Below, in pieces: positions 30,705 through 40,330 of a DNA stretch of 64,000 nt (positions within the stretch are counted from its first letter, which is position 1; each line of letters opens with the position of its first letter). The stretch lies in assembly GCA_050287085.1 (NCBI GenBank), contig JBNKBE010000001.1, forward strand, positions 64,001 through 128,000. Reading direction: 5' to 3'. Below the pieces are notes generated by a model. That model saw nothing but the letters and a program-made list of their open reading frames with translations. It was not told the DNA's origin and did not search any database. The stretch is from Polyangiaceae bacterium (GTDB taxonomy: Bacteria > Myxococcota_A > Polyangia > Polyangiales > Polyangiaceae). Made by a program: the position numbers and the translations under genes.

Positions 30705-33278
30705 TCACCGCTCTCGCCGCAAGCGCAGTGGCGTAACGACACCATATCGCTCGTGCGCAGCAGCCGCCTTGAGCGCGGCGGCGGGAGTCACTTGCCCACC
30801 GATAAGCTGCTTATAGGCCGCCAGGGTGCGCTGGACCTCATCCGCCCGCTCCCAGACAAACTCGACTCGAAAACGTCGAACGCCGCGCTCAAGCAGTCGG
30901 GGAACAAGGGGTGCCGCGCTCTGAGCAAAGGCGTTGAACACCGTATTGCGACAGGCTACGTCGACGACCACGGGATGCTCATGCCCGGCGTAGTCGCGCA
31001 AAGCCAGGCGGTGTTGCTCGCAGGGGCGCCCACAGCTCTGATAGTCGCTCCCCTGACTCAATAGGTGCGCATAGGTGCAGTGGGAGTTGTGAAACGTTGC
31101 GATGTGATGGTGGAGCGTTACAGCTACTCGTCCGGGAGGCACCGCGCTCAACAGGTCGAGCAACTGCTCAGCATCCAGGTCGTGAGAGGCCGTGACCGTG
31201 TCGAGTCCCAAACCCAGCAGATGCAGCGCCGTGAGCGAATTGGTCACGTTGAGCGAGAAGTCACCGTGCAAGCTAAACGCGTCGCGCTCGAGGCCGGCAC
31301 CTTCCTTCAGATGCTTCGAGAAGTGCATTAGCGCCCCCCAATGACGGACCAATACACCATCAGGTTCAAGCTTCGCGATGCGCCGATCGTAAGCCTCTTC
31401 CCCTGGCTTCTGCACGCGCACCGTAACTAGGGTGACCCTCAGACCCACTTCCCGCGCGCGGGCAACAGCCCGTCCCAGGCCAACCATCTCCATCCAGTCC
31501 AGTTCAACCTCGGCCCCCTCACCAAGGCCGCTGGCGATCACGGCCTCAAGCTGCTCAGTCGTTCGACACAGTGGCACCACTGCAGGCGAAGATGTGAGCG
31601 GGGAGCCGTCCCGCGCGAGTTCCGAGCGCAGCGCAGGCAGGCTAGGCTCGCGCGACGGCAGTACAGCCACCGGCCGCTCGAGCTGAACCTGCAGCTCATC
31701 AACAAGGACGCGACGCAGGTGCTTGAGCTCGGAAACGGGGAGATGAAGACCGTTCGGAAGGCCCTCGAGCTCAAGCTCCAAAAGGTAGAATGACGTTCCG
31801 CCCAAGGCCCCGAGCTTGTCGCGAAGGAGCCGGGCGTCGAGCCCCCGTCCCCCCTGCGCCAAGGCAAGCGGCGTATGACCCTCCGCCGTGGCGTTCACTA
31901 TTCGCTGCCCCCAAGAGGCCGTCCCAAAAACCCGTAGCGTTCGCCCTTCTCCGCCATGGACTCGGAGCACTAGGGGCCAGCGCCCCGCTTGGGTTTGAAG
32001 CGCCCGACGCTCCATGTCGCGCACGAGCTCTGAATCCCCTGTCACACGCACCCTATCCCCAGCTCGAACGAGCGAGAGCTCAGGACCGGGCCGTCCAAAC
32101 AACAATTCAAGTCGGCCGCGCCGCAGGCGCTGCACTCCGAATACCGGTCCCCCCGGGGCTCGCTCTGGATCGTATTCGCCCCCAACACGCCCAACCAGTT
32201 CGAACTTCACTCCGACGCCAGAACGAATCACCCCAGATGCGTCGTGCTCTGCCTCAGCCTCGACCACAACGCTGCGCTGCTTCACTTGAACCACGGTCCC
32301 CAGCGCAATCCCGCGATGCTTAGGCGTGGTGCCTTCGACCAGAGTCTGGTGATCGTCACCATCGAGAAAGCCCGTGGAGCCGCCCCTCGAAAAAACCAGC
32401 TGCGTCTTCTGAACATCCTGCGCCAGCTGCGTGCGCCCTCCCTCGATGTCACCGCGGAGCAACGCGTCGCGCCAGTGGCGCCAAGAGTCCACCGCCGTCA
32501 TCACGTAGGCGGGTCCCTTGTATCGCCCTTCGATCTTGAGACTGCAAACGCCCGCCTCGAGCAGGGCCGGCAATGCGTCGTGAGCCGCCAGGTCTTGGGG
32601 ACTCAGCAGATAGCGAAGGTCGCCCAACTCCTTGGGCTCACCGTCAACGATCGCTTGGTAGGGCATGCGACACGCCTGCGAACACTGCCCGCGATTAGCC
32701 GAACGTCCAGAAAACGCTTCACTGGTCAAACACTGTCCGCTCCAAGCCATGCACAGCGCACCGTGGACGAAGACTTCACACTCCAGCGAGCAATCTCGTG
32801 CGACCAGCGCAATCTCTCTGGCGTTCAACTCTCGGGGCAGCACAACGCGCTGGATGCCGAGCGACGCCGCAAACGCGACCCCTTCGGCGCTCGAGATGGT
32901 CATCTGAGTGCTCGCATGCAGTCGCACCCCAGGCAAGAGTCGGCGCGCGACAAACGCGATCGCTGGGTCCTGAATGATCAGCGCGTCGACCCCGGCGCGC
33001 AGCACGGCGCGCAGGAGCTTCTCAACAGGCTCGAGCTCGCGCTCAAATACCAGCGTATTGAGGGTGAGGTACAGCTTAACGCAGGCCCGATGAGCACGAC
33101 GAACGAGCTCCGGTAGTGCCTCGAGCTCAAACGCCGTGCTGCGGCCCCGCGCATTGAACCCCTCGGCAAGCCCGAGGTATACGGCGTCCGCGCCGCTCGC
33201 GAGCGCGGCCACAAACGCCTCCTCCGTCCCGACTGGCGCGAGAATCTCCGGACGGCGCAGGGTCGAACTCGAGTTCAT
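30705..33278 (-). CDS. Peptidase U32 family protein with DUF3656, RlhA-like (23S rRNA C2501 hydroxylation)
   Basis: PEILAPVG, GADAVYLG...FNARGR, HASTQM, EVFVHGALCMAWSGQC...ANRGQCSQACR (Fe-S cysteines), LKIEGRYK and LGALGGTSF. The ATG overlaps the HAD stop. Confidence 0.88.
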   Translation of the reverse strand: MNSSSTLRRPEILAPVGTEEAFVAALASGADAVYLGLAEGFNARGRSTAFELEALPELVRRAHRACVKLYLTLNTLVFERELEPVEKLLRAVLRAGVDALIIQDPAIAFVARRLLPGVRLHASTQMTISSAEGVAFAASLGIQRVVLPRELNAREIALVARDCSLECEVFVHGALCMAWSGQCLTSEAFSGRSANRGQCSQACRMPYQAIVDGEPKELGDLRYLLSPQDLAAHDALPALLEAGVCSLKIEGRYKGPAYVMTAVDSWRHWRDALLRGDIEGGRTQLAQDVQKTQLVFSRGGSTGFLDGDDHQTLVEGTTPKHRGIALGTVVQVKQRSVVVEAEAEHDASGVIRSGVGVKFELVGRVGGEYDPERAPGGPVFGVQRLRRGRLELLFGRPGPELSLVRAGDRVRVTGDSELVRDMERRALQTQAGRWPLVLRVHGGEGRTLRVFGTASWGQRIVNATAEGHTPLALAQGGRGLDARLLRDKLGALGGTSFYLLELELEGLPNGLHLPVSELKHLRRVLVDELQVQLERPVAVLPSREPSLPALRSELARDGSPLTSSPAVVPLCRTTEQLEAVIASGLGEGAEVELDWMEMVGLGRAVARAREVGLRVTLVTVRVQKPGEEAYDRRIAKLEPDGVLVRHWGALMHFSKHLKEGAGLERDAFSLHGDFSLNVTNSLTALHLLGLGLDTVTASHDLDAEQLLDLLSAVPPGRVAVTLHHHIATFHNSHCTYAHLLSQGSDYQSCGRPCEQHRLALRDYAGHEHPVVVDVACRNTVFNAFAQSAAPLVPRLLERGVRRFRVEFVWERADEVQRTLAAYKQLIGGQVTPAAALKAAAAHERYGVVTPLRLRRER

Positions 33279-33949
33279 GGCAGAAGCGCAGCCTCCAACT
33301 GAGATAGCGAGTCGATCACGAAGTCTGGCTTCGCATGACACAGCTTGTTTCGAGAGTGATTGCCATACGTCACAGCACACGTCCAAGCGCCCGCTGCGCG
33401 TCCCATCTCCATATCATACGTTGTGTCGCCAATGATGACCATGCGATCGAGTTTGCTCCGAACCAATGAGCTCAGTCGCAGTAGCGGGTCGGGCGCAGGC
33501 TTGCTCCGCGGAGCGTCTTCCGCTCCCAGGACCGCTTCGAAATACACCCCCACTTCCAACCGCTCAATCAACTGCAGCAACGAGGAGCGACCTCGGCTCG
33601 AAACGATCGCCAAAGGAATACCCTCGGCCCGAAGCGCTTCGAGACACGCTTGTGCAAAGGGAAACAACTCAACCTGGACCGTACGCTCTGAAAAGAGCTC
33701 GCGATAGCGTTCGACGCAGCGCGGCGCCATATCGGCCGAGACTCCGATCTGCAAGAAGCTATCGAGCAAAGGCAAACCGATGAGCGCCAGGAAAGCGTCC
33801 GTCGACGGCCTTGGCAACTCAAGACTATCAAGCGTCGCCATCGCAGTTCCCACGATGGCCGAACGAGTGTCCGCAAGGGTGCCATCAAAATCGAATGCAA
33901 TACACTCCCAGACAGGAGGCCTGGGGACGAAACGACTGGACTGACTCAT
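33275..33949 (-). CDS. HAD-superfamily phosphatase (phosphoglycolate phosphatase-like)
   Basis: FDFDGTLADT, IVSS, KPAPDPL and IIGDTTYDMEMGRAAG motifs. Confidence 0.92.
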   Translation of the reverse strand: MSQSSRFVPRPPVWECIAFDFDGTLADTRSAIVGTAMATLDSLELPRPSTDAFLALIGLPLLDSFLQIGVSADMAPRCVERYRELFSERTVQVELFPFAQACLEALRAEGIPLAIVSSRGRSSLLQLIERLEVGVYFEAVLGAEDAPRSKPAPDPLLRLSSLVRSKLDRMVIIGDTTYDMEMGRAAGAWTCAVTYGNHSRNKLCHAKPDFVIDSLSQLEAALLP

Positions 33950-36804
33950 AGCTTCGGCTCGAGGGACTCCGTCAACACCAGCCCAACGGGTAACTCCTCC
34001 CCGTAGGAGGCCTCGCGAGCTTCAGCTCCAAGCGGCAGATAATCCGTCACCGCCTGCACCCACTCATCGGGGCTGCCAGAGCGCTCAAGGCGTTTGGCCA
34101 CGCGAAGCCGCAATGCTGCGTCCAAGTCCCGTGTGCGATCTCCCGTCACCCGCGCAAGCTCCAAGGCCGCCGCTGGAGCCGAGGGCAACTCAGTCCAATC
34201 CTCGCTCAGCAGATGCTCGACCCATAGTCGGGCTTGCGTCTCGGCCACCACGTAGTGGGCGCTTGCATAGATGGGCTGACGCGCCCCCACGCGACCAATC
34301 CATTGCCAGAGCTTCGGATCGCGTTGCGACCAAGTCCTATCCAGCAGCCACTGTCCGTACGCGGCCCTGCGCGGCGCATCCACGCGCTCCAGCCAGGCGA
34401 GCATCTCGAAGAGCTCCTGGCAAACGAGAGCCTTGAACCCTTTTGGCCGCCGTAGCTTCGACTCCGAAGACGCAACAAAAGGATCACAGAGGTCCCGCAT
34501 CACCCGCTGCGCTTCCGCACTCAACCCGGGAGCGATCCGTCGCCAAGCGATGAAGAACTGCTCCCACTGAACCCGCTCTTGACCGAAAGCGAGTCCCTCC
34601 GAGAACCACGTCCCTACGGTCGAGCTGCGTGCGTCGTCTCCCGATGCACCAAAACCTGGTCGAAGGGTGTATCCGAGCAGAGAGAAGAAGGCGCGCTCGT
34701 GTTCAAGTGAACGCCGGCGGCCTTTGGCCAGGGGAAGCAGTACGTCCGAAAGCTCACGGCACAGCGTCAGTTCCCATTGCCGCCTTGGCCCGAGCTGCCC
34801 CTCGAGCGTCCGCCAGAGGTCCTTGACTTCGCGACGGGTGACATCCTTTCGCCCCTTGCCGAAAATGCGCGCGATGCTGTCGTGGGCGTCGCCGCGCACC
34901 GACCGCGTGCTGGCTCCGGCGGACGTGAAGGGTCCGGCCGCGCTCGAAGCTCGCCCAGCAGGATCCGCCGCCGGAGACTCATCGTGCTGGCGCAATTCGA
35001 ACTCCAGCTCATAGCGCCTTGAGCTCTCTTCCAAGGTACAGAGTCCCAAGCGCAATGTGCCCACCGCAGACAATTCTCCCTCGAGAGCCACCGCCGCGGT
35101 GCCCGGCGCGCTGCCGGCAGCTCCTTCGATGTTCAAGTTGGTCATCACCGGAGGCATACGCTCCAGCGCGTCCACGGCGACGATCGTGCCCACTGGATCG
35201 CGAGCCCGATCGGAGGCGTAGAGCTCAAAACGAATCGGCTGTTGGGTGCGCACCGAAAGCGGATGCGTCTCAACCCGAAACACCTCCCCTTCCTGAGCGC
35301 CTCTCGGGACCACACATAGGGCACGCCGCTCGCCAGCGTGGGTCTCAAGGCCAACGTACAGGCCCACAGCCGCGCCGCTCTTGATTCGACGTCCCCGCCC
35401 TTGACGCGCCAAGCCGAAGGCTACCGCGCCGCGTGCTACCGCCAGGTCGGGCTCGGCGCTAGGTAATTCAAGTAGCGGGCGAGCGAGCCAGGTCTCAAGC
35501 GCCTCGAGCACGCGTTTTCGTGCCCGCGGCGCCTTAAAGAGCCCCCCATTGAACAACACGGCGTCAATCGGCGTCGCTTTGACCCGCTCCGAACCTGACG
35601 CCGAAGCCGCGGCTCTGCCCGCACCATGACGGTCTAGAAATCGCGCGACATGATGAGTTAGCGCAGGATCCGCCTCGTAGGGTAAGCCAAAGCCGCGCAG
35701 CGCGCTGCGCGTTCGACTTGGAGCGGCGCTGCTAGGGATGTTCGGCAAGAAGCCTGCGAACACGACGTTCTCAACCTGCTCTCGCGTCAGTTCCAGCCCG
35801 AGGGTTGCTCCAATCAGGCTCGAACCTCCACCGAGAATACGAATCGGCGCCGAGTCCGGCGCATTCTCCGAGAGCAAACGCTCCTTCGCGCTCCGGCAGG
35901 AGAGTGTTAGCTCCGCAAATTGGTGGGGCGATAGGCTCTTGCCCTGGGCAGACCATTGTCGCTCGCATTGATGGGCCAATGCCAAGTCGATGTTGTCCCC
36001 TCCCAGTAGGAGATGTCGCCCCACGGCGATGCGCTCCGCTTCCGGCTGGCGCTCGTCACCGCGGCTGACATCGATCAAAGACAAGTCTGTCGTTCCACCA
36101 CCCACGTCGCATACGAGCACCCGCAGAGTCTCGCGCCCAACAAGTTGCGAAGCCAAGAGCGACGTCCCGTCCCCCCACAGGAAGTCGTAGAACGCAGCCT
36201 GTGGTTCTTCCAGCAGCGTCACCTCAAGCCCCGCTCGGCGTGCAGCTTCTAGCGTCAAGCTCCGTGCTACTTGATCGAACGAAGCGGGTACGGTCAGCAC
36301 GATCGGTGGTAAGTCGTCGCGAGCGCCGAGACCGCGCTGCGTCAGGACACAACGCACGTGCATCAAGATGCGAGCACTTGCGTCCACCGGTGAAATGCGC
36401 CCCGACGAATCGCCGGTCGTGCTCGCGCGCCCCTGCCACGGCAAGATCGCCTTCGTCCGGTCGACGCCCGGATGGCACAGCCAACTCTTGGCCGACGCAA
36501 TCACCCGCCCCGCGCTTTCCAGCCCACGGCGCCTCGCGTGTTCGCCGATCACCCAGTCGCCATCAGCCCAGGCCTCCCCGGCGTCAAAACGTTCGCCGGC
36601 AACCGGTGAATACAAGAACGACGGAAGCCATTTCAGACGGCCTAGCTGCCCCGTTGCAACAAACTGCGGCATGTCGAGCACCGCGACGCCTTCGTCCGAG
36701 CCAACTGCTACCACCGTATGCGTAGTTCCAAGGTCGATGCCGACGACGCACCCGGAGGTGTGCCTTCGGCTAGCCTGGCGCTCAAGCGCCTCCGGATCGC
36801 TCAT
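33946..36804 (-). CDS. Atypical Hsp70-family protein with C-terminal DUF3731-like domain
   Basis: GIDLGTTH, TVPASFD, LEEPQAA, DVGGGTTDLS, LLGGDNID, VLFNGG and AVARGA. C-terminal LGYTLRPGFG...W..GRVGARQPIY...LARVTGDRTRDL...GEELPVGL. Confidence 0.9.
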   Translation of the reverse strand: MSDPEALERQASRRHTSGCVVGIDLGTTHTVVAVGSDEGVAVLDMPQFVATGQLGRLKWLPSFLYSPVAGERFDAGEAWADGDWVIGEHARRRGLESAGRVIASAKSWLCHPGVDRTKAILPWQGRASTTGDSSGRISPVDASARILMHVRCVLTQRGLGARDDLPPIVLTVPASFDQVARSLTLEAARRAGLEVTLLEEPQAAFYDFLWGDGTSLLASQLVGRETLRVLVCDVGGGTTDLSLIDVSRGDERQPEAERIAVGRHLLLGGDNIDLALAHQCERQWSAQGKSLSPHQFAELTLSCRSAKERLLSENAPDSAPIRILGGGSSLIGATLGLELTREQVENVVFAGFLPNIPSSAAPSRTRSALRGFGLPYEADPALTHHVARFLDRHGAGRAAASASGSERVKATPIDAVLFNGGLFKAPRARKRVLEALETWLARPLLELPSAEPDLAVARGAVAFGLARQGRGRRIKSGAAVGLYVGLETHAGERRALCVVPRGAQEGEVFRVETHPLSVRTQQPIRFELYASDRARDPVGTIVAVDALERMPPVMTNLNIEGAAGSAPGTAAVALEGELSAVGTLRLGLCTLEESSRRYELEFELRQHDESPAADPAGRASSAAGPFTSAGASTRSVRGDAHDSIARIFGKGRKDVTRREVKDLWRTLEGQLGPRRQWELTLCRELSDVLLPLAKGRRRSLEHERAFFSLLGYTLRPGFGASGDDARSSTVGTWFSEGLAFGQERVQWEQFFIAWRRIAPGLSAEAQRVMRDLCDPFVASSESKLRRPKGFKALVCQELFEMLAWLERVDAPRRAAYGQWLLDRTWSQRDPKLWQWIGRVGARQPIYASAHYVVAETQARLWVEHLLSEDWTELPSAPAAALELARVTGDRTRDLDAALRLRVAKRLERSGSPDEWVQAVTDYLPLGAEAREASYGEELPVGLVLTESLEPKL

Positions 36805-38657
36805 TGCTCCCCGTTGTGGCCGCGGGTCGTCAACTCGACCTTCCAGCTCTCCGCTACGGCTAGTGCATCCCGGGGCACGGCCTCGAGCAGGAGCGTTCCC
36901 ACTTCGGTGATCGTCGCCCGCAGCGTCACCGCTACGACCTCCCCGACGGCTCGGCCCACCGCGGGCAGTGTAACTTCGAGGGGAGCCAGCTCGCTCAAGA
37001 GGTCGCAGCTTTCCAGCTGGGTTCCGGCCGCATCGTGGCGTCGCTCGCTAGAACCGAAAAAGCGAAAGCGCACCGGTTCACCCACCACCACGAGCAACTC
37101 TTGCTCCGGCAGCTCGACGCGGCTTCCTTCTTCCATGCCGAAAGGTGCTACGCAAAGTGCCTCAAGGGGCGGCTCAAAGCCGGGCACCGCCGGCATCGGG
37201 CTCTCAATACCCACGTAGTAGGCCCTGGCCGTTCCACCGCGGATTCGGAGACCACGCCCGTGACGGACGCTGCCGTAGTACGCGGCGCCACGAGCCACCG
37301 CCAGGTCGAGCTCTGTGCCAGGCAAGACACTGGCCGGGGGCGCTCCGATGGCCATAAGCCAACGATTGAGCGTCGCAAGCAAACGATCACGAATCGCCTT
37401 CGACTTCAAGACGCCGCCGTTGAACAAGACACGCGTGGGTTTGAGCAACGCGCTCGCGGCCGGCGTACTCTCGGCCTCGCCTAGCGCACCGGCCTGACGC
37501 GAAAGGAAGGCTGCCAAGTGTCGCGTCACAGCGGCATCACTCGCATAGGCCAGGCCCAAACGACTGAGTGCCGCGCGCGGTCGTTCTTGTGGACGCGCGT
37601 CGGCATCGACGTCAGGAAAGAACGCTTCAACGACAATGCGCTCCACTTCGTCTCGAGTCAGCTCGGTGCGGAGCGCTGACGCAAAGAGATTTGCGCTTCG
37701 ACTGGTTATCGCAATCGGGACTGCGTCAAGCTCCGGACGACTGAGCAGCTGCTCCTTCGCTGCACGGCAACGCTGCGTGAGTGCGGCCATTTGGTAAGCG
37801 TCGAGCTTCCTGCCGGGCTCGCCCAACTTGGAGCGCAGCGCATAGGCCAGCGCGAGATCCATGTTGTCGCCACCGAGCAAGATGTGATCGCCGACGGCAA
37901 CGCGCTCCAAGATCAGGCTACCGGCCTCTTCACGAGCCTGAATGGCAGAAAAGTCAGTTGTACCGCCGCCGATATCAACTACGACTATGACGTCCCCTGG
38001 AGCTAGGTGCTCGCGCCAGCGCTCACCGCATTGTTCAATCCAGGAGTAGAGCGCAGCTTGCGGCTCCTCGAGCAAGGTCACATGCTCAAAGCCCGCAGCC
38101 GCCGCCGCCTCGTGGGTGAGTTCACGCGCCGCGGCATCAAAGGACGCGGGGACCGTCAGCACGACGTCACAGCCATCCAGCGAGTCAAGCGCCGCCCCCG
38201 AACGCCCAGCGTCAGCACGCCAAGCCTCGCGCAAATGCTGTAGGTAGCCCGTTGACACTGCGACGGGCGAACGTTTGGGCACGTCTTCCGGCGCATGAAG
38301 GGGCAAGAACGCCTGGCGACGATCGACATGGGACTGCGATAGCCAGCTCTTGGCGCTTGATATCACTCGTCCCGGCGCTTCTGCCGCCCGGACGCGGGCC
38401 CACTCGCCGACCGCAAAGCGTTGCTCCTCATCCCAGGGCACGACCAGCGCTCCATCGCTGTCATGGGCCATGTAGGTGAATGACGGCAACAACGGGAGCG
38501 ATTCGAGAGCTCCTTGCGAAACGAGCTGCGGCACGGACAAAACTGAGACCGAAGTGCCCCCCTTCAACGGGGAGTCAGAGCGCTCGATTGCCGCGCTCGC
38601 GAGCGCACAGTGGGTAGTCCCAAGATCGATACCGAGGGCCAAGCGTGCTTCGCTCAT
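36801..38657 (-). CDS. Atypical Hsp70-family protein
   Basis: GIDLGTTH, SAKSWL, TVPASFD, LEEPQAA, DIGGGTTDFS, LLGGDNMD, VLFNGG and AVARGAAYYG. Short beta-rich C-terminus with no recognisable DnaK lid. Confidence 0.92.
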   Translation of the reverse strand: MSEARLALGIDLGTTHCALASAAIERSDSPLKGGTSVSVLSVPQLVSQGALESLPLLPSFTYMAHDSDGALVVPWDEEQRFAVGEWARVRAAEAPGRVISSAKSWLSQSHVDRRQAFLPLHAPEDVPKRSPVAVSTGYLQHLREAWRADAGRSGAALDSLDGCDVVLTVPASFDAAARELTHEAAAAAGFEHVTLLEEPQAALYSWIEQCGERWREHLAPGDVIVVVDIGGGTTDFSAIQAREEAGSLILERVAVGDHILLGGDNMDLALAYALRSKLGEPGRKLDAYQMAALTQRCRAAKEQLLSRPELDAVPIAITSRSANLFASALRTELTRDEVERIVVEAFFPDVDADARPQERPRAALSRLGLAYASDAAVTRHLAAFLSRQAGALGEAESTPAASALLKPTRVLFNGGVLKSKAIRDRLLATLNRWLMAIGAPPASVLPGTELDLAVARGAAYYGSVRHGRGLRIRGGTARAYYVGIESPMPAVPGFEPPLEALCVAPFGMEEGSRVELPEQELLVVVGEPVRFRFFGSSERRHDAAGTQLESCDLLSELAPLEVTLPAVGRAVGEVVAVTLRATITEVGTLLLEAVPRDALAVAESWKVELTTRGHNGEQ

Positions 38658-38700
38658 AACGTGCCACCCAAGCAAACCAGCTGAACAACCGCCGCAGACA

Positions 38701-39330
38701 TCAGAGCTCCAGCTCTGCGGGAGCCAGAACGCGCGCGTTCCGTGCTCCGACGAGGTCCGGCAAGCTCAGCTGCAGGACGCGCCAACCGCGATGGCGCAGC
38801 GTTCCCTCGTAGGGCCCGGCCCCCGCAACCTGGCCTGTCAGTTTCAGCTCTTGCGTGTCAAACCCCAGCTCCGCACGCACCTGAGCTCCCTCCGGCTCAG
38901 AGCGGATCGGCTCGATCGTAAGGTGGCTCTGCAGCGCTTTGCGGCACCCCTCGTGGACCACGCGCGCCGCTGCGCCGACCTGCTCGTCTGTGTAGTCCAG
39001 GACGTCTTGCTGAAGAAAGTCGATGAGCCGTCCCTCGCGCTGCAATACCTCGAGCACTAGGAGTGCGCCCTGCTCGCGGCTCACCCGCACGCTCTCGTCG
39101 ACTGGGCTCGGAGCGGGGGAGCTATTGTGTGGAGCGGCGCTCGAAGGGGAGGGGCGAGACGGGACCGAAGCTGCGTTCCCAGCAACAGAAGGCTCCGCTT
39201 CTTCCCCGGCCGGCGCCCTGGCAGGTGACGCCTCCGCGGCTAGGGCCGCGATGCGACGCGCAAAACGCGGCTCGAAAAGCAGGCGAAAGAAGCACGCAAA
39301 CGCCAGGAACATACGGGAAATAAAAGACAT
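38701..39330 (-). CDS. DUF2760 family protein
   Basis: ALLVLEVLQREGRLIDFLQQD, QVGAAARVVHEGCRKAL, GTLRHRGW and RVLAPAELEL. Sits in the usual position upstream of the Hsp70 pair. Confidence 0.88.
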   Translation of the reverse strand: MSFISRMFLAFACFFRLLFEPRFARRIAALAAEASPARAPAGEEAEPSVAGNAASVPSRPSPSSAAPHNSSPAPSPVDESVRVSREQGALLVLEVLQREGRLIDFLQQDVLDYTDEQVGAAARVVHEGCRKALQSHLTIEPIRSEPEGAQVRAELGFDTQELKLTGQVAGAGPYEGTLRHRGWRVLQLSLPDLVGARNARVLAPAELEL

Positions 39331-39640
39331 GACGGGCACCTGAGGCGGAGTCTAGAGCGAGCCCCAGGGCGCGCGAAGAACAAACTTCCAGCGCCGGCCG
39401 CAAAGGCGCATCGGCCCAGCCGACCTCCCCCCTGTCTGTGATCCCCCGAGCCACGGTCCCCCGGGGGGCCCGGACCCAGTATGCGCAAGTCAACAGCCTT
39501 CACTTGCCCGAACATGATCCTCGGCATCCATCGGTCCGTCAGTCCGGGACTAGCCCGCGAAGGCTACAAACCTGACGCAATTGCAGTGTTTATTCACCGG
39601 CCCGTTGACATCGCGTCCAGCAAATGATGAATCCCGATCT

Positions 39641-40330
39641 GTGAGGATCTGGGAGTTGGGCGCCATAGCCCTAGTTGCGTCTGCTTGCGTTCCAGCGGGC
39701 ACGCGCGTTTACCGAAACACCGAAAACGCCCCGACGTTGGTCACCTTCCAGGCGGAGGAATGCACGCTGCCCTCTGGCTTGCGCGACCTCAAACTTGATG
39801 AGGTGGAGCTCCGGATGGCTCAAGGGCTGCGCGACTACTCGCTGCTGGTGCTGGACGCTGAGGGCGGCGGTCTCGAGGTCGGCGACCATCAACTGGAGAG
39901 TGGCAACCACATCTTCACCTACCGACTACCGAACACGGCCTGGCGCGTCGTCGTTCCCGACGAGCGCGGCGCTGACGCCCGGATCGAATACTGGCGCGGA
40001 GTAGGCCCAAACAACCCGCTGAACGCACCCCCCGACAAGACGTGCGAGCTGAAGGCCATAAGCGTTGCAGAGCCGGAGGAGATGGCTGGGACGGAGCCGA
40101 ACGATCCTGCAGAGGAAGGCTCAAGCAGCGACGCGCCCGCCGACGCTACATGCACCCCGGGCACAACGCAGCGTTGTGTTGGTAGCGGCGCCTGCGACGG
40201 AGGACAGTCCTGTCGGGAAGATGGCAGCGGCTACACCCCTTGTGACTGCGGCTCGAACTCGCCAACAACAGGGCCCAAAGCTGAGGGGCCCAGAACCAAC
40301 GAAGATTCCGACGCCCAGGAGCTACCATGA
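39641..40330 (+). CDS. Hypothetical lipoprotein with Cys-rich C-terminal module
   Basis: AIALVASAC lipobox and CTPGTTQRCVGSGACDGGQSCREDGSGYTPCDC, a myxobacterial-type Cys module. Confidence 0.7.
   Translation: MRIWELGAIALVASACVPAGTRVYRNTENAPTLVTFQAEECTLPSGLRDLKLDEVELRMAQGLRDYSLLVLDAEGGGLEVGDHQLESGNHIFTYRLPNTAWRVVVPDERGADARIEYWRGVGPNNPLNAPPDKTCELKAISVAEPEEMAGTEPNDPAEEGSSSDAPADATCTPGTTQRCVGSGACDGGQSCREDGSGYTPCDCGSNSPTTGPKAEGPRTNEDSDAQELP

Noticed and set aside
32244..33116. 290-aa plus-strand ORF
   Set aside because: Antisense shadow of the U32 gene, expected in high-GC DNA.
33946..38657. Calling either Hsp70 gene dnaK or hscA
   Set aside because: Both lack the canonical substrate-binding and lid sequence, and there is no dnaJ, grpE or isc context.
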